From the NCBI GenBank assembly GCA_964649665.1, contig CAZYPU010000004.1, forward strand, positions 511 through 64,510: a DNA stretch of 64,000 nucleotides. Direction: 5' to 3'. Made by a program: the position numbers and the translations under genes. Below, piece after piece: positions 1 to 11,197 of this stretch (position 1 is the first letter of the stretch; the number at the start of each line of letters is the position of its first letter). The stretch comes from an uncultured Planctomycetia bacterium (GTDB lineage Bacteria > Omnitrophota > Gorgyraeia > JABMRN01 > RBG-13-46-9). The notes under the pieces are model-generated. The model was not told where the DNA came from, searched no databases, and worked only from the letters and a program-made list of their open reading frames with translations.

Positions 1-549
1 TACGCGGTGAGCTGCTATTATATAATCGCTCCGGCGGAAGCAAGCTCCAACCTCGCCCGTTTTGACGGCGATCAGTACGGATTGAGGGAAGAAGCGAAAA
101 ATATAATTGATATGTACACAAGGACACGCACAAAAGGTTTCGGCGAAGAAGTTAAAAGGAGGATACTCCTGGGGACGTATTCCCTTTCCAGCGGCTATTA
201 TGACGCCTACTATTTGAAAGCGATGAAAGTAAGGACCATGATTAAAAACGACTTCCTGGAGGCCTTTAAAGCATGCGATTGCATTTTGACGCCGACGACT
301 CCTACGCCGGCGTTTAAAATAGGCGAAAAAGCCGGCGACCCGCTCAGCATGTATCTATCGGACATATTTACGATACCGGCGAACCTGGCGGGCATTCCCG
401 GAGTGTCCATACCATGCGGATTCACAAAAAATAATTTACCCATAGGCCTGCAGCTTCTAGCGAAACCGTTCGCCGAGGAGACGCTTATAAGGGTCGCGCA
501 TACGTTTGAACAAAATACGGATTTTCATAAACGCAAACCGAAGATATGA
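1..549 (+). CDS. gatA: Glu-tRNA(Gln) amidotransferase subunit A, C-terminal part (5' end outside window)
   Basis: Frame is open to the window edge. Amidase-family C-terminus ([23 protein letters not shown]). ATGA overlap with gatB. Confidence 0.9.
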   Translation, partial: YAVSCYYIIAPAEASSNLARFDGDQYGLREEAKNIIDMYTRTRTKGFGEEVKRRILLGTYSLSSGYYDAYYLKAMKVRTMIKNDFLEAFKACDCILTPTTPTPAFKIGEKAGDPLSMYLSDIFTIPANLAGIPGVSIPCGFTKNNLPIGLQLLAKPFAEETLIRVAHTFEQNTDFHKRKPKI

Positions 550-1982
550 ATAAATACGAAACAGTAATAGGCCTGGAGGTGCACGCCCACCTTTTGACGG
601 AGAGTAAGGCCTTTTGCGCGTGCAGCACGAAATTCGGGCTGCCGCCGAATAGCTCAACATGCCCCGTGTGCCTGGGACTTCCGGGCGTTTTACCTGTTTT
701 GAACGAAAAGGCGTTCCTTTATGCGCTAAAAACGGCGCTTGCCTTAAATTGTAAGATACGGGGGCTGATAAAATTTGACAGAAAAAATTATTATTACCCC
801 GACCTGCCGAAAAATTTCCAAATATCCCAGTACGATAAACCGCTCGCGTACGCCGGTTTCGCCGAAATCGAGCACGGAGGCAAAAAAAAGAAAATAAGAA
901 TAAACAGGGTTCACCTCGAGGAAGATGCCGGAAAATTAATACATGACGCCCGGAAGGCTGCAAGCTACATCGACTTGAACCGGACAGGCGTGCCGCTTCT
1001 TGAAATCGTAACCGAGCCGGATATGCGTTCGCCGGAAGAAGCCTCTGCCTATCTCCAGAGTCTAAAGGCCGTATTGCTTTGCCTGGGGGTGTCCAACTGC
1101 AACATGGAGGAGGGGAGCCTGCGATGCGATGCCAATATATCCGTAAGGGCGGCCGGGGAAAAAGCGCTCGGCGTAAAAGCGGAACTGAAGAACATGAACT
1201 CATTTAAGGCTGTGAGGGACGCCCTTTCCTATGAAGCAAAAAGGCAGGCTGAATTATTGCAAAAGGGAGAAAAGGTGGCACAGGAAACGAGGTTATGGGA
1301 CGCTGCTAAGGCGATAAGCGTGCCCATGAGGGCAAAAGAAGAAACCCACGACTACCGTTATTTTCCCGAGCCGGACCTGGTCCCGTTTACGGTCGAGAAA
1401 GGCACAATAGATAAGCTAAAAGGTGAGCTGCCGGAGCTGCCGCAGGCAAAGAAGAAACGTTTTATGTCAGAATACGCAATCGGCGAATACGACGCGGACG
1501 TATTGACGCGCGATATGGCCGTGGCGGATTTTTTCGAGAAAACGTTCCGATTTGTGAGAAGCCCGAAGGAAATAGCGAACTGGCTTCTGGGCGACATTGC
1601 CTCGATCCTGAAGGAAGGAAGAAGCTCTATCGGCGAAGTGCGCTTTAAGCCGGCGCACCTGGCCGAAATTATCAAGCTGATACAATCAGAAGAGATTACC
1701 GGCAAGATTGCGAAGGAAATCCTGCCGGAAGTTTTTAAAACAGGGGAGGCCCCGAAAAAAATCGTCGAGAAAAAAGGCCTGAAGCAGATAAAGGACCCAA
1801 GTGAACTTACCCCGTTTGTCGAGGCCGTCTTGGCGGAGAATGAAAAATCCGTAAGTGATTATAGAAATGGAAAGAAAGGCGCGCTCACGTTTCTCGTGGG
1901 ACAGGTTATGCGCAAGACCGGCGGTAAGGCGAATCCGCAGAAGGTTAACGAAATCCTCGGGAAGAAGCTGGAGGAGGCATAA
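546..1982 (+). CDS. gatB: Asp/Glu-tRNA amidotransferase subunit B
   Basis: 478 aa. N-terminus [16 protein letters not shown] and [10 protein letters not shown] are typical GatB. Coupled to gatA. Confidence 0.95.
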   Translation: MNKYETVIGLEVHAHLLTESKAFCACSTKFGLPPNSSTCPVCLGLPGVLPVLNEKAFLYALKTALALNCKIRGLIKFDRKNYYYPDLPKNFQISQYDKPLAYAGFAEIEHGGKKKKIRINRVHLEEDAGKLIHDARKAASYIDLNRTGVPLLEIVTEPDMRSPEEASAYLQSLKAVLLCLGVSNCNMEEGSLRCDANISVRAAGEKALGVKAELKNMNSFKAVRDALSYEAKRQAELLQKGEKVAQETRLWDAAKAISVPMRAKEETHDYRYFPEPDLVPFTVEKGTIDKLKGELPELPQAKKKRFMSEYAIGEYDADVLTRDMAVADFFEKTFRFVRSPKEIANWLLGDIASILKEGRSSIGEVRFKPAHLAEIIKLIQSEEITGKIAKEILPEVFKTGEAPKKIVEKKGLKQIKDPSELTPFVEAVLAENEKSVSDYRNGKKGALTFLVGQVMRKTGGKANPQKVNEILGKKLEEA

Positions 1983-1983
1983 G

Positions 1984-3252
1984 ATGGCCAGATCGAAATT
2001 TTTATTTGCAAAGATCGTAGCTTGCGCGTTTTTAGTAGTGTGTGCTTCCGTTTACCTCGGCTGCTCCGGCGGGGGCGCCGCAGACGGCGACAGGGAGCTA
2101 TACAAGCAGGTGGAACTATTTTCTGACGCCGTAACGATTGTCCAGTCGGACTATATAAAAGAGGTGGAGCCGAAGAAACTTGTGTACGGCGCGCTTGAGG
2201 GAATGCTTTCTTCGTTAGACGGCTACAGCCAGTTCATGGATCCTGAAAGCGTCAGAGAGCTGGAGGTTGAGACGAAGGGCGAATTCGGCGGCCTGGGCCT
2301 CGAGATAGGCATAAGAGACGGCATCCTGACCGTCATAGCGCCTTTGGACGGTACGCCCGCCGAAAAGGCGGGGTTGAAATCCGGAGACAAAATAGTCAGG
2401 ATAGACGGCGAATCCACAAGGGATATCAAGCTTATGGATGCGGTCGAGAAGTTGCGCGGAAAGCCCCGTACCAAAGTTGAGCTCACAATCCTGCGCGAGG
2501 GCGAGGAAAAGCTGCTGCATTTTGTCGTAGAGCGCAGCATTATAAAGCTTGAGAGCATAAGCGCGGCAAGAGTGATTGAAGGTAAGGTGGGATACGTACG
2601 GCTTACGGAATTTCAGGAAAATACCCCGCAGCAACTCGAAGCGAAACTGAAGGAACTTAAAAAATGCGGCATGCAAGCGCTGATCCTTGACTTGCGTAAT
2701 AATCCCGGCGGGCTTTTAGACGTATCTTTTGAAGTCGCCGAAAAATTTCTGCCTAAAGATGCGGTTGTGGTTTCCCTGGAGAGCCGCCGGCCGGAACAGA
2801 ACAAGGTGTATAAATCCCGCGGGAAGAAAAATTTTCTGGATTTTCCCATGGTGGTCATGGTGGACGGCGGCTCGGCAAGCGCCTCGGAGATCGTTGCCGG
2901 AGCGCTCCAGGATAACCGCAGAGCCATAATTCTGGGCGCCAAGACATTCGGCAAGGGTTCTGTCCAGACGGTTATTTCGCTTAAAGATGGTTCTGCGGTA
3001 AGGCTTACGACCGCGGGTTACCATACGCCCAACGGCCGTTCAATAAACGATAAAGGCATAATTCCGGACGTGAAGGTAGACTTTAAACCGGAGCTGAAGA
3101 AAAAACCCGAGGAAAAAGAAGACGACATCTTTGACAAAGTGGAGGAAAAGCCGAAAGCGGAAGAGGAAATATATTGCGATAATCAGCTGCAGGCCGCGGT
3201 GGACGTGCTCAGGGGGATATTGATTTATTCCGCGGACAAAGATAGTATTTGA
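1984..3252 (+). CDS. ctpA: carboxy-terminal processing protease (S41 family, PDZ domain)
   Basis: Start moved to ATG 1984 (MARSKFLFAK..., hydrophobic anchor, LGCSGG), just after the gatB stop. PDZ-like GGLGLEIG, LDLRNNPGG, GSASASEI motifs. Confidence 0.85.
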   Translation: MARSKFLFAKIVACAFLVVCASVYLGCSGGGAADGDRELYKQVELFSDAVTIVQSDYIKEVEPKKLVYGALEGMLSSLDGYSQFMDPESVRELEVETKGEFGGLGLEIGIRDGILTVIAPLDGTPAEKAGLKSGDKIVRIDGESTRDIKLMDAVEKLRGKPRTKVELTILREGEEKLLHFVVERSIIKLESISAARVIEGKVGYVRLTEFQENTPQQLEAKLKELKKCGMQALILDLRNNPGGLLDVSFEVAEKFLPKDAVVVSLESRRPEQNKVYKSRGKKNFLDFPMVVMVDGGSASASEIVAGALQDNRRAIILGAKTFGKGSVQTVISLKDGSAVRLTTAGYHTPNGRSINDKGIIPDVKVDFKPELKKKPEEKEDDIFDKVEEKPKAEEEIYCDNQLQAAVDVLRGILIYSADKDSI

Positions 3253-3281
3253 TTTTTTGCGGGAATGAGGTATACTGAAAG

Positions 3282-4274
3282 GTGATTACTTTAGGGATCG
3301 AAACATCCTGCGACGAGACGGCGGCGGCCGTAGTTCGCGGCGGGCGGGTACGGTCCAGCGTTGTAAGTTCAAGCGTCCCGCTTCACGAGAAATACGGCGG
3401 CGTAATTCCGGAGATAGCGTCAAGGTTTCATATCGAATACATTAATCAGGTGACAAAAAAAGCTTTGAAGAAAGCAGGCGCGCGCCTTAAAGACCTTGAA
3501 TTGGTGGCCGTTACCGAAGAGCCCGGGCTTTCCGGTTCTCTTCTCGCGGGCAAGGCGTTTGCAGGGGCGCTTGCTTATTCACTCGGAATACCGCTGGTGG
3601 CCGTAAACCACCTGAGGGCTCACTTATTCGCGAATTTTTTGGCTAAGAAACCCCCGGATCCGCGGTTTCCTTTTGTCGGCGTAGTTGTTTCGGGCGGCCA
3701 CACTAATATATTTGTCTGTAAGTCGTTCAAAGATCTCCGGCTCATCGGGAGAACCAGAGACGACGCAATCGGCGAGGCATTCGATAAAGTGGCGAAAATC
3801 CTGGGCATAGGATACCCCGGTGGCCCGGCGATCGAAAAGTATGCGAGAAGATTTACGAAGAGACGTCCCATTAATTTTCCACGCGTCTACCTGGAGGGGG
3901 ATTCTTTTGATTTTAGTTTAAGCGGAATAAAAACCGCCGTTTTCTATTACGTAAGGGGTAAGAAGTTATCCCGCGGGGAGATTTCCAGAATTTCATGGTC
4001 GTTCCAGGAGGCGGTTTTTGACGTTCTGGCGGAAAGGCTGGTAAGGGCGTGCAGAAAATTCGGCCTAAAAGAAATTGTTCTGGGCGGCGGCGTTATCTCG
4101 AACAAAAGGCTGCGCGCGAAGCTTGGACACGCCTGCGGAAGACTCGGGTATAAACTTTTTTATCCACCGCCGGCATTATGCCTGGATAATGCGGCGATGG
4201 TTGCGGGTTTGGGGGAAGTGTTGTACGAGGAGAGTTTTAAAAACGAAACTCACGGGAACCTACGAAGGAGGTAA
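3282..4274 (+). CDS. tsaD: tRNA N6-adenosine threonylcarbamoyltransferase
   Basis: GTG start. MITLGIETSCDETAAAV and SGGHT motifs of the Kae1/TsaD family. Confidence 0.92.
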   Translation: MITLGIETSCDETAAAVVRGGRVRSSVVSSSVPLHEKYGGVIPEIASRFHIEYINQVTKKALKKAGARLKDLELVAVTEEPGLSGSLLAGKAFAGALAYSLGIPLVAVNHLRAHLFANFLAKKPPDPRFPFVGVVVSGGHTNIFVCKSFKDLRLIGRTRDDAIGEAFDKVAKILGIGYPGGPAIEKYARRFTKRRPINFPRVYLEGDSFDFSLSGIKTAVFYYVRGKKLSRGEISRISWSFQEAVFDVLAERLVRACRKFGLKEIVLGGGVISNKRLRAKLGHACGRLGYKLFYPPPALCLDNAAMVAGLGEVLYEESFKNETHGNLRRR

Positions 4275-4277
4275 GAA

Positions 4278-4814
4278 ATGGGCCTAAGAAGAAAAAACGA
4301 AGAGCCGAAGGAGAAGATTCTTGACGTAGACGCCAGCATGCAGGGAACGCTCGCGTTTAAGGACCCTGTAAACCTTCGCATTAACGGCAAGTTCGAAGGC
4401 AAACTCCAGACAAAGGGAAGCCTCACGATAGGAGAGCACGCGGTTGTAAAAGCCGACATAATCGGTGAAAACATCATTATCGCCGGCAGGGTCGAGGGCG
4501 ATATCGCGGCCGAGAACGCGATAAGACTGATCGCGCCGGCATGCGTTATCGGTAACATAAAAACCCCTGTCCTGAGCGTTGCCGAAGGGGCGGCCCTGGA
4601 GGGCTATTGCAATATGATGCGCGGGGAGAAACCGTCGCAAAGCGATATGGCCACGCTGACGATTGACGAAGTTGCGAAATATCTTGAGGTGGATAAGGGC
4701 ATGGTGCGGGAGTGGGCCGATACGGGCAAACTTCCCGCTGTTAAGGAAGGCTCGAAGTGGAAATTCGAAAAAACCAAAATCGAAAACTGGCTTACGAGTG
4801 AGAAAATAAAATAA
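4278..4814 (+). CDS. bactofilin-like protein with C-terminal excisionase-type HTH
   Basis: Residues ~20-115 look like a bactofilin beta-helix (repeated I/V-x-G-x-V/I, GKFEGKLQTKGSLTIGEHAVVKADIIGENIIIAGRVEGDI). The C-terminus LTIDEVAKYLEVDKGMVREWADTGKLPAVKEGSKWKF resembles an HTH_17/MerR-like DNA-binding domain. Confidence 0.6.
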   Translation: MGLRRKNEEPKEKILDVDASMQGTLAFKDPVNLRINGKFEGKLQTKGSLTIGEHAVVKADIIGENIIIAGRVEGDIAAENAIRLIAPACVIGNIKTPVLSVAEGAALEGYCNMMRGEKPSQSDMATLTIDEVAKYLEVDKGMVREWADTGKLPAVKEGSKWKFEKTKIENWLTSEKIK

Positions 4815-4817
4815 GCA

Positions 4818-5159
4818 ATGCCGGAGAAACTTTTAACGATAAGCGAAACGTCCAGGCTCCTTCGTATTTCCGAGCGGGAAGTAAAGAATCTTGTGCAAAA
4901 AGGGGAGCTGCCAGCTTATCAGGTGGGCGGGCGTTTTTTGCGTTTCCGCAAGGAGCAGATAGAGGCCATTCAAAATGAAATTCTGGTCAAGGCCGCGGGA
5001 AGGTCCGAAAGCCCGGCGAAGGAATTTCCGCGAAACCGGACGGAGGCGACGTATCCCGAATCAATTTCCGATAGGCTCGCAGATTTTTTTTATTTCAACG
5101 ATTTTTATATTATCGCCGCCACGATAGCCCTTTTGATCCTGTGGGTTATATTCAAATAG
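4818..5159 (+). CDS. excisionase-family HTH protein with C-terminal transmembrane helix
   Basis: LLTISETSRLLRISEREVKNLVQKGELPAYQVGGRFLRFRKEQI is HTH_17-like. Hydrophobic tail FYIIAATIALLILWVIF. Confidence 0.5.
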   Translation: MPEKLLTISETSRLLRISEREVKNLVQKGELPAYQVGGRFLRFRKEQIEAIQNEILVKAAGRSESPAKEFPRNRTEATYPESISDRLADFFYFNDFYIIAATIALLILWVIFK

Positions 5160-5193
5160 AAACACACCTAAGATCGCAGGGCAGGGAAAGCTG

Positions 5194-6147
5194 ATGTTGC
5201 GAAAAATTGCCGCGTATCTCCTTTTAAGCGTTTGCATTCTCCCGGGAGCGTTTGTTTCGGCTGACACGGTCAGCCTGAAAAGCGGAGAGGGCGTTAGAGG
5301 GAGTATCGTCGAAGAATACAAGGATAGGATTGTTATATCCACTTATGAGGGTGAAAAAGGAATCCTCAAGGAAAATATCCGCGAGATCCTGTATGACCTG
5401 CCCGAGCAGAATCTGGTGAAGCTGGGTGATGCATGTGTGGGCCGCCGCGAATATGAAAAAGCCTATTTTTATTACGAGAAAGCCCATCGCGCCAATTCGT
5501 CGCACCAGATTGCGCGCGATAAGATGAATTATGTAATGGGCTTCCTTTTCCGCAGGCGGGAACAGGACAAGCTGACCGACGTTAAGAGAAGAAGGGATTT
5601 CGATAACTGGCCCCCGCCGCCGGAATCAAAAGAGGACGATTTAGAAAAACAGCTTGAGGATGTTTTCGGGATATGCCTGGACGAGAAAAAAAACCGGATA
5701 GAAATAACGAATGTTCGCAAGCCTTCGATGGCCTTCGCGTCCGGTTTGAGAAGGAACGACGCCCTGATTTCCGTGTGGGGGCGCCTCACGGGTTACATGT
5801 CTATAGAAAGCGTCGCGCGCCTTCTACTGGAGGAGAATTTCGGGGAAGTTAAAATAGGCATCGAACGCGAAATAACGGTGGAAAAGGATGGGTCTTCCGG
5901 CGGGAGTTACACGAATATGTTGGGCGTCAAGCTCGATATGCCCATAGACGGCTTGACCGTTGCCGGCGTGACGCCTGAGGGCAAGGCCGCAAAGGCCGGC
6001 CTCATGAAAGGCGACTTGATTACCGCTGTTTGCGGAGTTTCAACCCGGTATACGCCGCTTAAAAAAGTGATAAAGATGATAGAAAACCGCCGGCGTGATA
6101 CCATAGCGTTTACCGCAAGGCGGGAAGTAACTATTTGGAGGAAATAG
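5194..6147 (+). CDS. secreted TPR/PDZ-domain protein
   Basis: Signal peptide MLRKIAAYLLLSVCILPGAFVSA. TPR-like segment (YEKAYFYYEKAHRAN). PDZ-like GLTVAGVTPEGKAAKAGLMKGDLITAV. Confidence 0.5.
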   Translation: MLRKIAAYLLLSVCILPGAFVSADTVSLKSGEGVRGSIVEEYKDRIVISTYEGEKGILKENIREILYDLPEQNLVKLGDACVGRREYEKAYFYYEKAHRANSSHQIARDKMNYVMGFLFRRREQDKLTDVKRRRDFDNWPPPPESKEDDLEKQLEDVFGICLDEKKNRIEITNVRKPSMAFASGLRRNDALISVWGRLTGYMSIESVARLLLEENFGEVKIGIEREITVEKDGSSGGSYTNMLGVKLDMPIDGLTVAGVTPEGKAAKAGLMKGDLITAVCGVSTRYTPLKKVIKMIENRRRDTIAFTARREVTIWRK

Positions 6148-6148
6148 C

Positions 6149-6586
6149 ATGGAGCAGAAGCCTTATAGGCGAAAGCATTATATCGTCAGAAAAAAATTTC
6201 AGCTGAAATATGTTGGCCTTATTGTGGCCGCTGTGCTCTTAAGCGTGTTAATCTCCGGGTATACAATATACTATAACTCGTGGGTGCTCTTGGGCAGCAA
6301 GCTGGCGAATGTGTATCCCCAGGGCATGCTCATGCAGATTTTCAGGTCAGTGAACACGAGGCTCGTTGTTACCATGGTCTTTGTTACGATGCTTTGCGCG
6401 GGAATCGGCATTCTTGCTTCCCACAGAATCGCGGGCCCGGTCTTCCATATGATAAGATTTTTGGGCAGCGTAACCAACGGCGACTACAGCAAGAGGCTTC
6501 ACCTCAGGAAAAAGGATGAACTGCAGGACCTGGCCGAGGCCATAAATAAGCTGGTGGATAAGTTGGAAAGCGAAAAAAAAACTTGA
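6149..6586 (+). CDS. membrane protein with HAMP domain
   Basis: Two predicted TM helices followed by HRIAGPVFHMIRFLGSVTNGDYSKRLHLRKKDELQDLAEAINKL (HAMP-like). Confidence 0.5.
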   Translation: MEQKPYRRKHYIVRKKFQLKYVGLIVAAVLLSVLISGYTIYYNSWVLLGSKLANVYPQGMLMQIFRSVNTRLVVTMVFVTMLCAGIGILASHRIAGPVFHMIRFLGSVTNGDYSKRLHLRKKDELQDLAEAINKLVDKLESEKKT

Positions 6587-6610
6587 CAAGCGTATTTTAC
6601 TGTGATAATC
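6583..6610 (+). promoter_or_regulatory. candidate sigma70 promoter upstream of polA
   Basis: TTGACA at 6583-6588, then TGTGATAAT (extended -10-like) at 6601-6609. The 15-16 nt spacer is slightly short. Confidence 0.35.
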
Positions 6611-6678
6611 TGATGACGGAAAGCATAATACCCTTCCTAGTTTATTAACCGAGAAGCCAAACCAGATGCTTTTTATCC

Positions 6679-9354
6679 ATGCCCGATAGACCAAATAAAA
6701 GATTTTTTGTCATTGACGGCAACTCGTTCTGTTACAGGGCGTATTACGCCATAAAGCACTTGTCAAATTCAAAGGGCCAGCCCACAAACGCCATATACGG
6801 GTTTATCGCCATGATCAGGAAGATTATCAAAGAGGAAAAACCCGACATGTTGGCGGTGGCGTTCGACCTTAAGGGCCCCACGTTCAGGCATGAAAAGTTC
6901 AAGGATTACAAGGGAACGCGGAAACCGATGCCGGAAGAACTGGTAAGTCAGATGCCTTACATAAAGCGGCTTCTTACCGCCTACAATATACCGATATATG
7001 AGGCGCAGGGTTACGAGGCGGACGATGTCCTGGCGACACTGGCGGAAAAATGCCGGAAAGCGAAGGGGATAGACACTTTCATAGTGACAAGCGATAAGGA
7101 CGCGATGCAGCTTGTGACGGCCGGAGTGAAAGTTTACAGTCCACACAAAGACGGGGTAATTTACGGTGAAAAAGAAGTCAGGGAAAGATTTGGCGTACCC
7201 CCGGAGCGGATAATTGACCTCATGGCGCTAATGGGGGATACCTCCGATAACATTCCCGGCGTTCCGGGCATAGGGGAGAAGACGGCGGTTCAGCTCATGA
7301 AGGAGTTTAAAAGTTTGGACAATGTGCTTAAAAACACGCATAAAATAAAAAGTGCCTCAAGGCGGAAAAAGATAGAGGAGTCAAGGGACCTGGCTCTCCT
7401 CAGTAGGGAGCTGGCGACAATCAAGAAAAATACCCCTATAGAGATTGATATGGACGAACTGGAGCTCAAGGAGCCCGACGAGAAAGCGCTGGCCGAGCTT
7501 TTTAAGGAGCTCGAGTTCAGAAAACTTTTGCAAGACATAGCGCCCGCTGAAAGGCCTAAAAGGTCCTACCTGCTGGTTGATTGCCCGGAAGAGTTTTTGA
7601 AGTTCGCGCGTGAGCTTAAACAGGCAAAAATATTCGCTTTCGATTTTGAAACGACGCACTGCGACCCGATGCGGGCGCGGGCCGTGGGCGTGTCCTTTGC
7701 CTGGAAGAAAAACGAGGCCTACTATATACCCTTAAATGCCCTGAAAGGCCTGGAAGAAAAGAAAGTCACGGAAACCCTTAAGAGCGTTTTTGAAGATGCT
7801 AACATAAAGAAAATCGGGCAGAACATAAAATACGACGCCCTGGTTCTCAAAAAAATGGGCCTCACCTTAAAAGGCATTGAGTTCGACACCATGGTGGCGT
7901 CATACCTTTTGAACCCCTCTAAATCAAACCACAACCTGAGCGACATATCGCTCGAGTATCTTGGATACGCGAAAAAATCGATCGAGCAGTTGATAGGGAA
8001 AGGGAAAAACGCCCTGACCATGGATCGGGTGGATGTCGGCGAGGTGCGCGATTACTGCTGCGAGGACAGCCTTATAGCGTTTAACCTGATGAGCGTTCTG
8101 GAAAAGCAACTGAAGGAAAAAGAGCTGGAGGAGCTTTTCTTCAAGGTCGAAATGCCCCTCATAGAGGTGCTCGCGGGCATGGAACTCTGCGGCGTTAGCG
8201 TGGACTCTGCTTACCTGAAGCGGCTTTCCGCGGAGATAGAAAAAAAAATAGCGTCCTGCGAGAAAAACATTCATTCTATGGCCGGGGAGACCTTTAACAT
8301 AAACTCCCCAAAGCAGCTCCGGGACATCCTTTTCGAAAAATTGAAAATGCCGGTTATTAAACGAACTAAAACCGGTGCCTCGACAAACGAGGAAGTGCTG
8401 AAAATTTTATCCGAAAAAGAAAAGCTGCCCCGTGAAATCCTGCGCTACAGGACTCTCGCGAAACTAAAATCAACATACGTGGACAGCCTCCCGGCCCTTG
8501 TAAACTCCTCGACCGGCAGGATACACACCTCGTTCAATCAGACCGTAACCGTGACGGGGAGGCTTTCATCCAGCAACCCCAACCTGCAGAACATCCCCGT
8601 GAAGACCGAGATGGGGAGGAAGATCCGGAAGGCCTTTATCGCTGAGAAGAAATCACACCTTATACTCTCGGCGGACTATTCCCAAATAGAACTGCGCATT
8701 CTCGCTCATCTCTCCGGCGACAAAAACCTGGTCGAGGCCTTTAACGAACAGCGGGACATACACGCGTTTACCGCTTCTTTAATCTACGGCCTGGAAGAAA
8801 AGGACATAACCGACGAGATGCGTCAGGCCGCGAAGACGGTTAATTTCGGCATTGTATACGGCATGAGCGCTTTCGGCTTATCGCGCGATCTTGGAATAGA
8901 TGTCCGCCAGGCAGCCAGGTTTATTGAATCGTATTTCGGGCGATACCCCGGTGTAAAGGCGTTTCTGGAAAAAACAATAGACGAAGCGCTCAAAAATGGG
9001 TTTGTAACCACGATCCTCGGAAGGCGCCGCTATATCCCGGAGATTAAAAGCGAAAACATACAGATAAGAAATTTTGCCCAGCGCGCCGCCGTAAATACTC
9101 CTATTCAGGGTTCCGCGGCTGACCTCATAAAACTGGCAATGATAAATATACACCGCGTAATCGGCGATTTTGACGCGAAGCTGATTTTGCAGGTGCACGA
9201 CGAACTGGTTTTCGAGGTAAGGGCAGGCGAGTTGCTGAAACTGGCGGGCGTTGTTAAAGAAAACATGGAAAACGTTATGCCGCTAAGGGTGCCTATCAGG
9301 GTAGGCCTTGAGTCCGGAAAGAACTGGCTTGAGATGGAGGAAGTGAAAGTATGA
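6679..9354 (+). CDS. polA: DNA polymerase I
   Basis: 891 aa with 5'-nuclease N-terminus, 3'-5' exo region and family A polymerase motifs (DYSQIELR, QVHDELVFE). Confidence 0.95.
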   Translation: MPDRPNKRFFVIDGNSFCYRAYYAIKHLSNSKGQPTNAIYGFIAMIRKIIKEEKPDMLAVAFDLKGPTFRHEKFKDYKGTRKPMPEELVSQMPYIKRLLTAYNIPIYEAQGYEADDVLATLAEKCRKAKGIDTFIVTSDKDAMQLVTAGVKVYSPHKDGVIYGEKEVRERFGVPPERIIDLMALMGDTSDNIPGVPGIGEKTAVQLMKEFKSLDNVLKNTHKIKSASRRKKIEESRDLALLSRELATIKKNTPIEIDMDELELKEPDEKALAELFKELEFRKLLQDIAPAERPKRSYLLVDCPEEFLKFARELKQAKIFAFDFETTHCDPMRARAVGVSFAWKKNEAYYIPLNALKGLEEKKVTETLKSVFEDANIKKIGQNIKYDALVLKKMGLTLKGIEFDTMVASYLLNPSKSNHNLSDISLEYLGYAKKSIEQLIGKGKNALTMDRVDVGEVRDYCCEDSLIAFNLMSVLEKQLKEKELEELFFKVEMPLIEVLAGMELCGVSVDSAYLKRLSAEIEKKIASCEKNIHSMAGETFNINSPKQLRDILFEKLKMPVIKRTKTGASTNEEVLKILSEKEKLPREILRYRTLAKLKSTYVDSLPALVNSSTGRIHTSFNQTVTVTGRLSSSNPNLQNIPVKTEMGRKIRKAFIAEKKSHLILSADYSQIELRILAHLSGDKNLVEAFNEQRDIHAFTASLIYGLEEKDITDEMRQAAKTVNFGIVYGMSAFGLSRDLGIDVRQAARFIESYFGRYPGVKAFLEKTIDEALKNGFVTTILGRRRYIPEIKSENIQIRNFAQRAAVNTPIQGSAADLIKLAMINIHRVIGDFDAKLILQVHDELVFEVRAGELLKLAGVVKENMENVMPLRVPIRVGLESGKNWLEMEEVKV

Positions 9355-9932
9355 CGCTTGTGGGCGTAACAGGCGCTCTTTGCGCGGGAAAAAGCACGGC
9401 CTGCGCGTTTTTCAGGGAGCTGGGCGCCCGCGTTATAGACGCGGATAAAATAGTGCACCGGTTATACAAAACCGACGGGGAAGTGGGCCGCCTTGTAAAA
9501 AAGAATTTTGGCAGCGGCGTTCTTACAAAAGGGAAAGTAGACACCGTGAAACTCGGAAAGGCTGCTTTTGCCGGCAAAAAAAACCTCGAGAAACTGTGCC
9601 GCATAGTTCACCCGAGGGTAATAAAAATAATGCGAAAAGAGGTTAAGCGGTCCCGTAGGCCCGTTACCGTTTTGGACGCCCCGCTTTTGATAGAGACGGG
9701 GCTATCGGAAGAGGTCGATTATGTGGTGGTGGTTTCCGCGCCCGCGAAAAAGCGGATTAAGCGGTGCGTGGGTAAAAGGCATACAAGAGAGGATATTCGC
9801 TTGCGCGAAGCCCGGCAAATGTGCCTTCGCGACAAGATAAGGCGCGCAGATTTCGTGATATACAATAACAGCTCAAAACAATATGTGAAAAAAGAGGCTG
9901 GGAGAATATGGAAAACGTTAAAGCGGAGGTAG
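9351..9932 (+). CDS. coaE: dephospho-CoA kinase
   Basis: P-loop [12 protein letters not shown]. About 190 aa. Classic position after polA. Confidence 0.85.
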   Translation: MTLVGVTGALCAGKSTACAFFRELGARVIDADKIVHRLYKTDGEVGRLVKKNFGSGVLTKGKVDTVKLGKAAFAGKKNLEKLCRIVHPRVIKIMRKEVKRSRRPVTVLDAPLLIETGLSEEVDYVVVVSAPAKKRIKRCVGKRHTREDIRLREARQMCLRDKIRRADFVIYNNSSKQYVKKEAGRIWKTLKRR

Positions 9933-9937
9933 GGATA

Positions 9938-11194
9938 ATGCAGAATATCAATATCGAAAAATTGAAGGCAATGAACATGACCGAGCTAAATAAGATCGCC
10001 AGGGACCTCAAGGTTAACCAGATAAGCGGCCTCAAAAAGCAGGATCTAATTTTTAAAATTCTGCAGGGAAAGACCGAAAAAGAGGGGCTGATCTTCGGAG
10101 AAGGCGTTCTGGAGGTGCTCCCGGACGGTTTCGGCTTTTTAAGGAGCCCGAAATACAATTATCTTCCGTGCCCGGACGATATTTATATTTCGCCGTCGCA
10201 AATTAGAAAATTCAGCTTAAGGACGGGTGATACTGTGAGCGGACAGATCAGGCCGCCGAAGGAAAGCGAGAGGTATTTTGCGCTTCTAAAGGTGGAGGCG
10301 GTGAACTTCGAAAGGCCGGAAAACGCCAAAGACAAGATTCTTTTCGATAACCTGACGCCGCTGTACCCCAACGAAAGATATGTGCTGGAAACAACGCCGG
10401 AAGAGATTTCCATGAGGGTAATGGACCTTCTGGCGCCGGTGGGGAAGGGGCAGCGCGGGATGATTGTCGCCTCGCCCTACAGCGGAAAGACGGTGCTGCT
10501 GCAGAAATTCGCTAACAGCATAAGCACGAACTATCCCGATGTGATCCTGATGGTTCTTTTGATAGATGAAAGGCCGGAAGAGGTTACGGACATGATAAGG
10601 TCGGTGAAAGGCGAGGTAGTAAGCTCGACGTTTGATGAACCGGCCGAAAGACATACCCAGGTAGCCGAGATGGTGCTGGAAAAGGCAAAAAGACTTGTCG
10701 AACACAAAAAGGATGTGGTGATACTGCTGGACTCCATAACGCGTCTCGCCAGGGCCTATAACGCCGTAATGCCGCATTCCGGTAAAATACTTTCCGGCGG
10801 CGTGGACTCAAACGCCCTGCAAAAACCGAAGAGGTTTTTCGGGGCCGCGCGAAACATAGAAGAGGGCGGGTCGCTTACGATAATGGGAACTGCGCTCGTC
10901 GATACCGGCTCCCGCATGGATGACGTTATATTTGAGGAGTTCAAAGGAACGGGCAACATGGAGCTGCAGCTGGACAGGACTCTCTTTCAGAGGCGCATCT
11001 ACCCGGCCATTGACATCAAAAAATCCAACACCAGAAAAGAAGAGCTGCTTGTCGAGGATAACGAGCTGAAAAAGGTGTGGCTCATGAGAAAAGCCCTCAA
11101 TGACCTGAATTCCGTGGAAGCCATGGAGCTCCTGATAGGGAAGCTGGGAAAAACGGAAAGCAATAAGGAATTTCTAAAGTCACTGAACAAATGA
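9938..11194 (+). CDS. rho: transcription termination factor Rho
   Basis: Start placed at ATG 9938 (GGAGG 9 nt upstream); the ORF track starts at 9908. Rho N-terminal, RNA-binding and ATPase regions ([40 protein letters not shown]). Confidence 0.93.
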   Translation: MQNINIEKLKAMNMTELNKIARDLKVNQISGLKKQDLIFKILQGKTEKEGLIFGEGVLEVLPDGFGFLRSPKYNYLPCPDDIYISPSQIRKFSLRTGDTVSGQIRPPKESERYFALLKVEAVNFERPENAKDKILFDNLTPLYPNERYVLETTPEEISMRVMDLLAPVGKGQRGMIVASPYSGKTVLLQKFANSISTNYPDVILMVLLIDERPEEVTDMIRSVKGEVVSSTFDEPAERHTQVAEMVLEKAKRLVEHKKDVVILLDSITRLARAYNAVMPHSGKILSGGVDSNALQKPKRFFGAARNIEEGGSLTIMGTALVDTGSRMDDVIFEEFKGTGNMELQLDRTLFQRRIYPAIDIKKSNTRKEELLVEDNELKKVWLMRKALNDLNSVEAMELLIGKLGKTESNKEFLKSLNK

Positions 11195-11197
11195 AAA

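Noticed and set aside
1855-1983. N-terminal extension of the protease ORF overlapping gatB
   Set aside because: The upstream part is Arg-rich out-of-frame gatB sequence. ATG 1984 gives a normal signal or anchor sequence right after the gatB stop.
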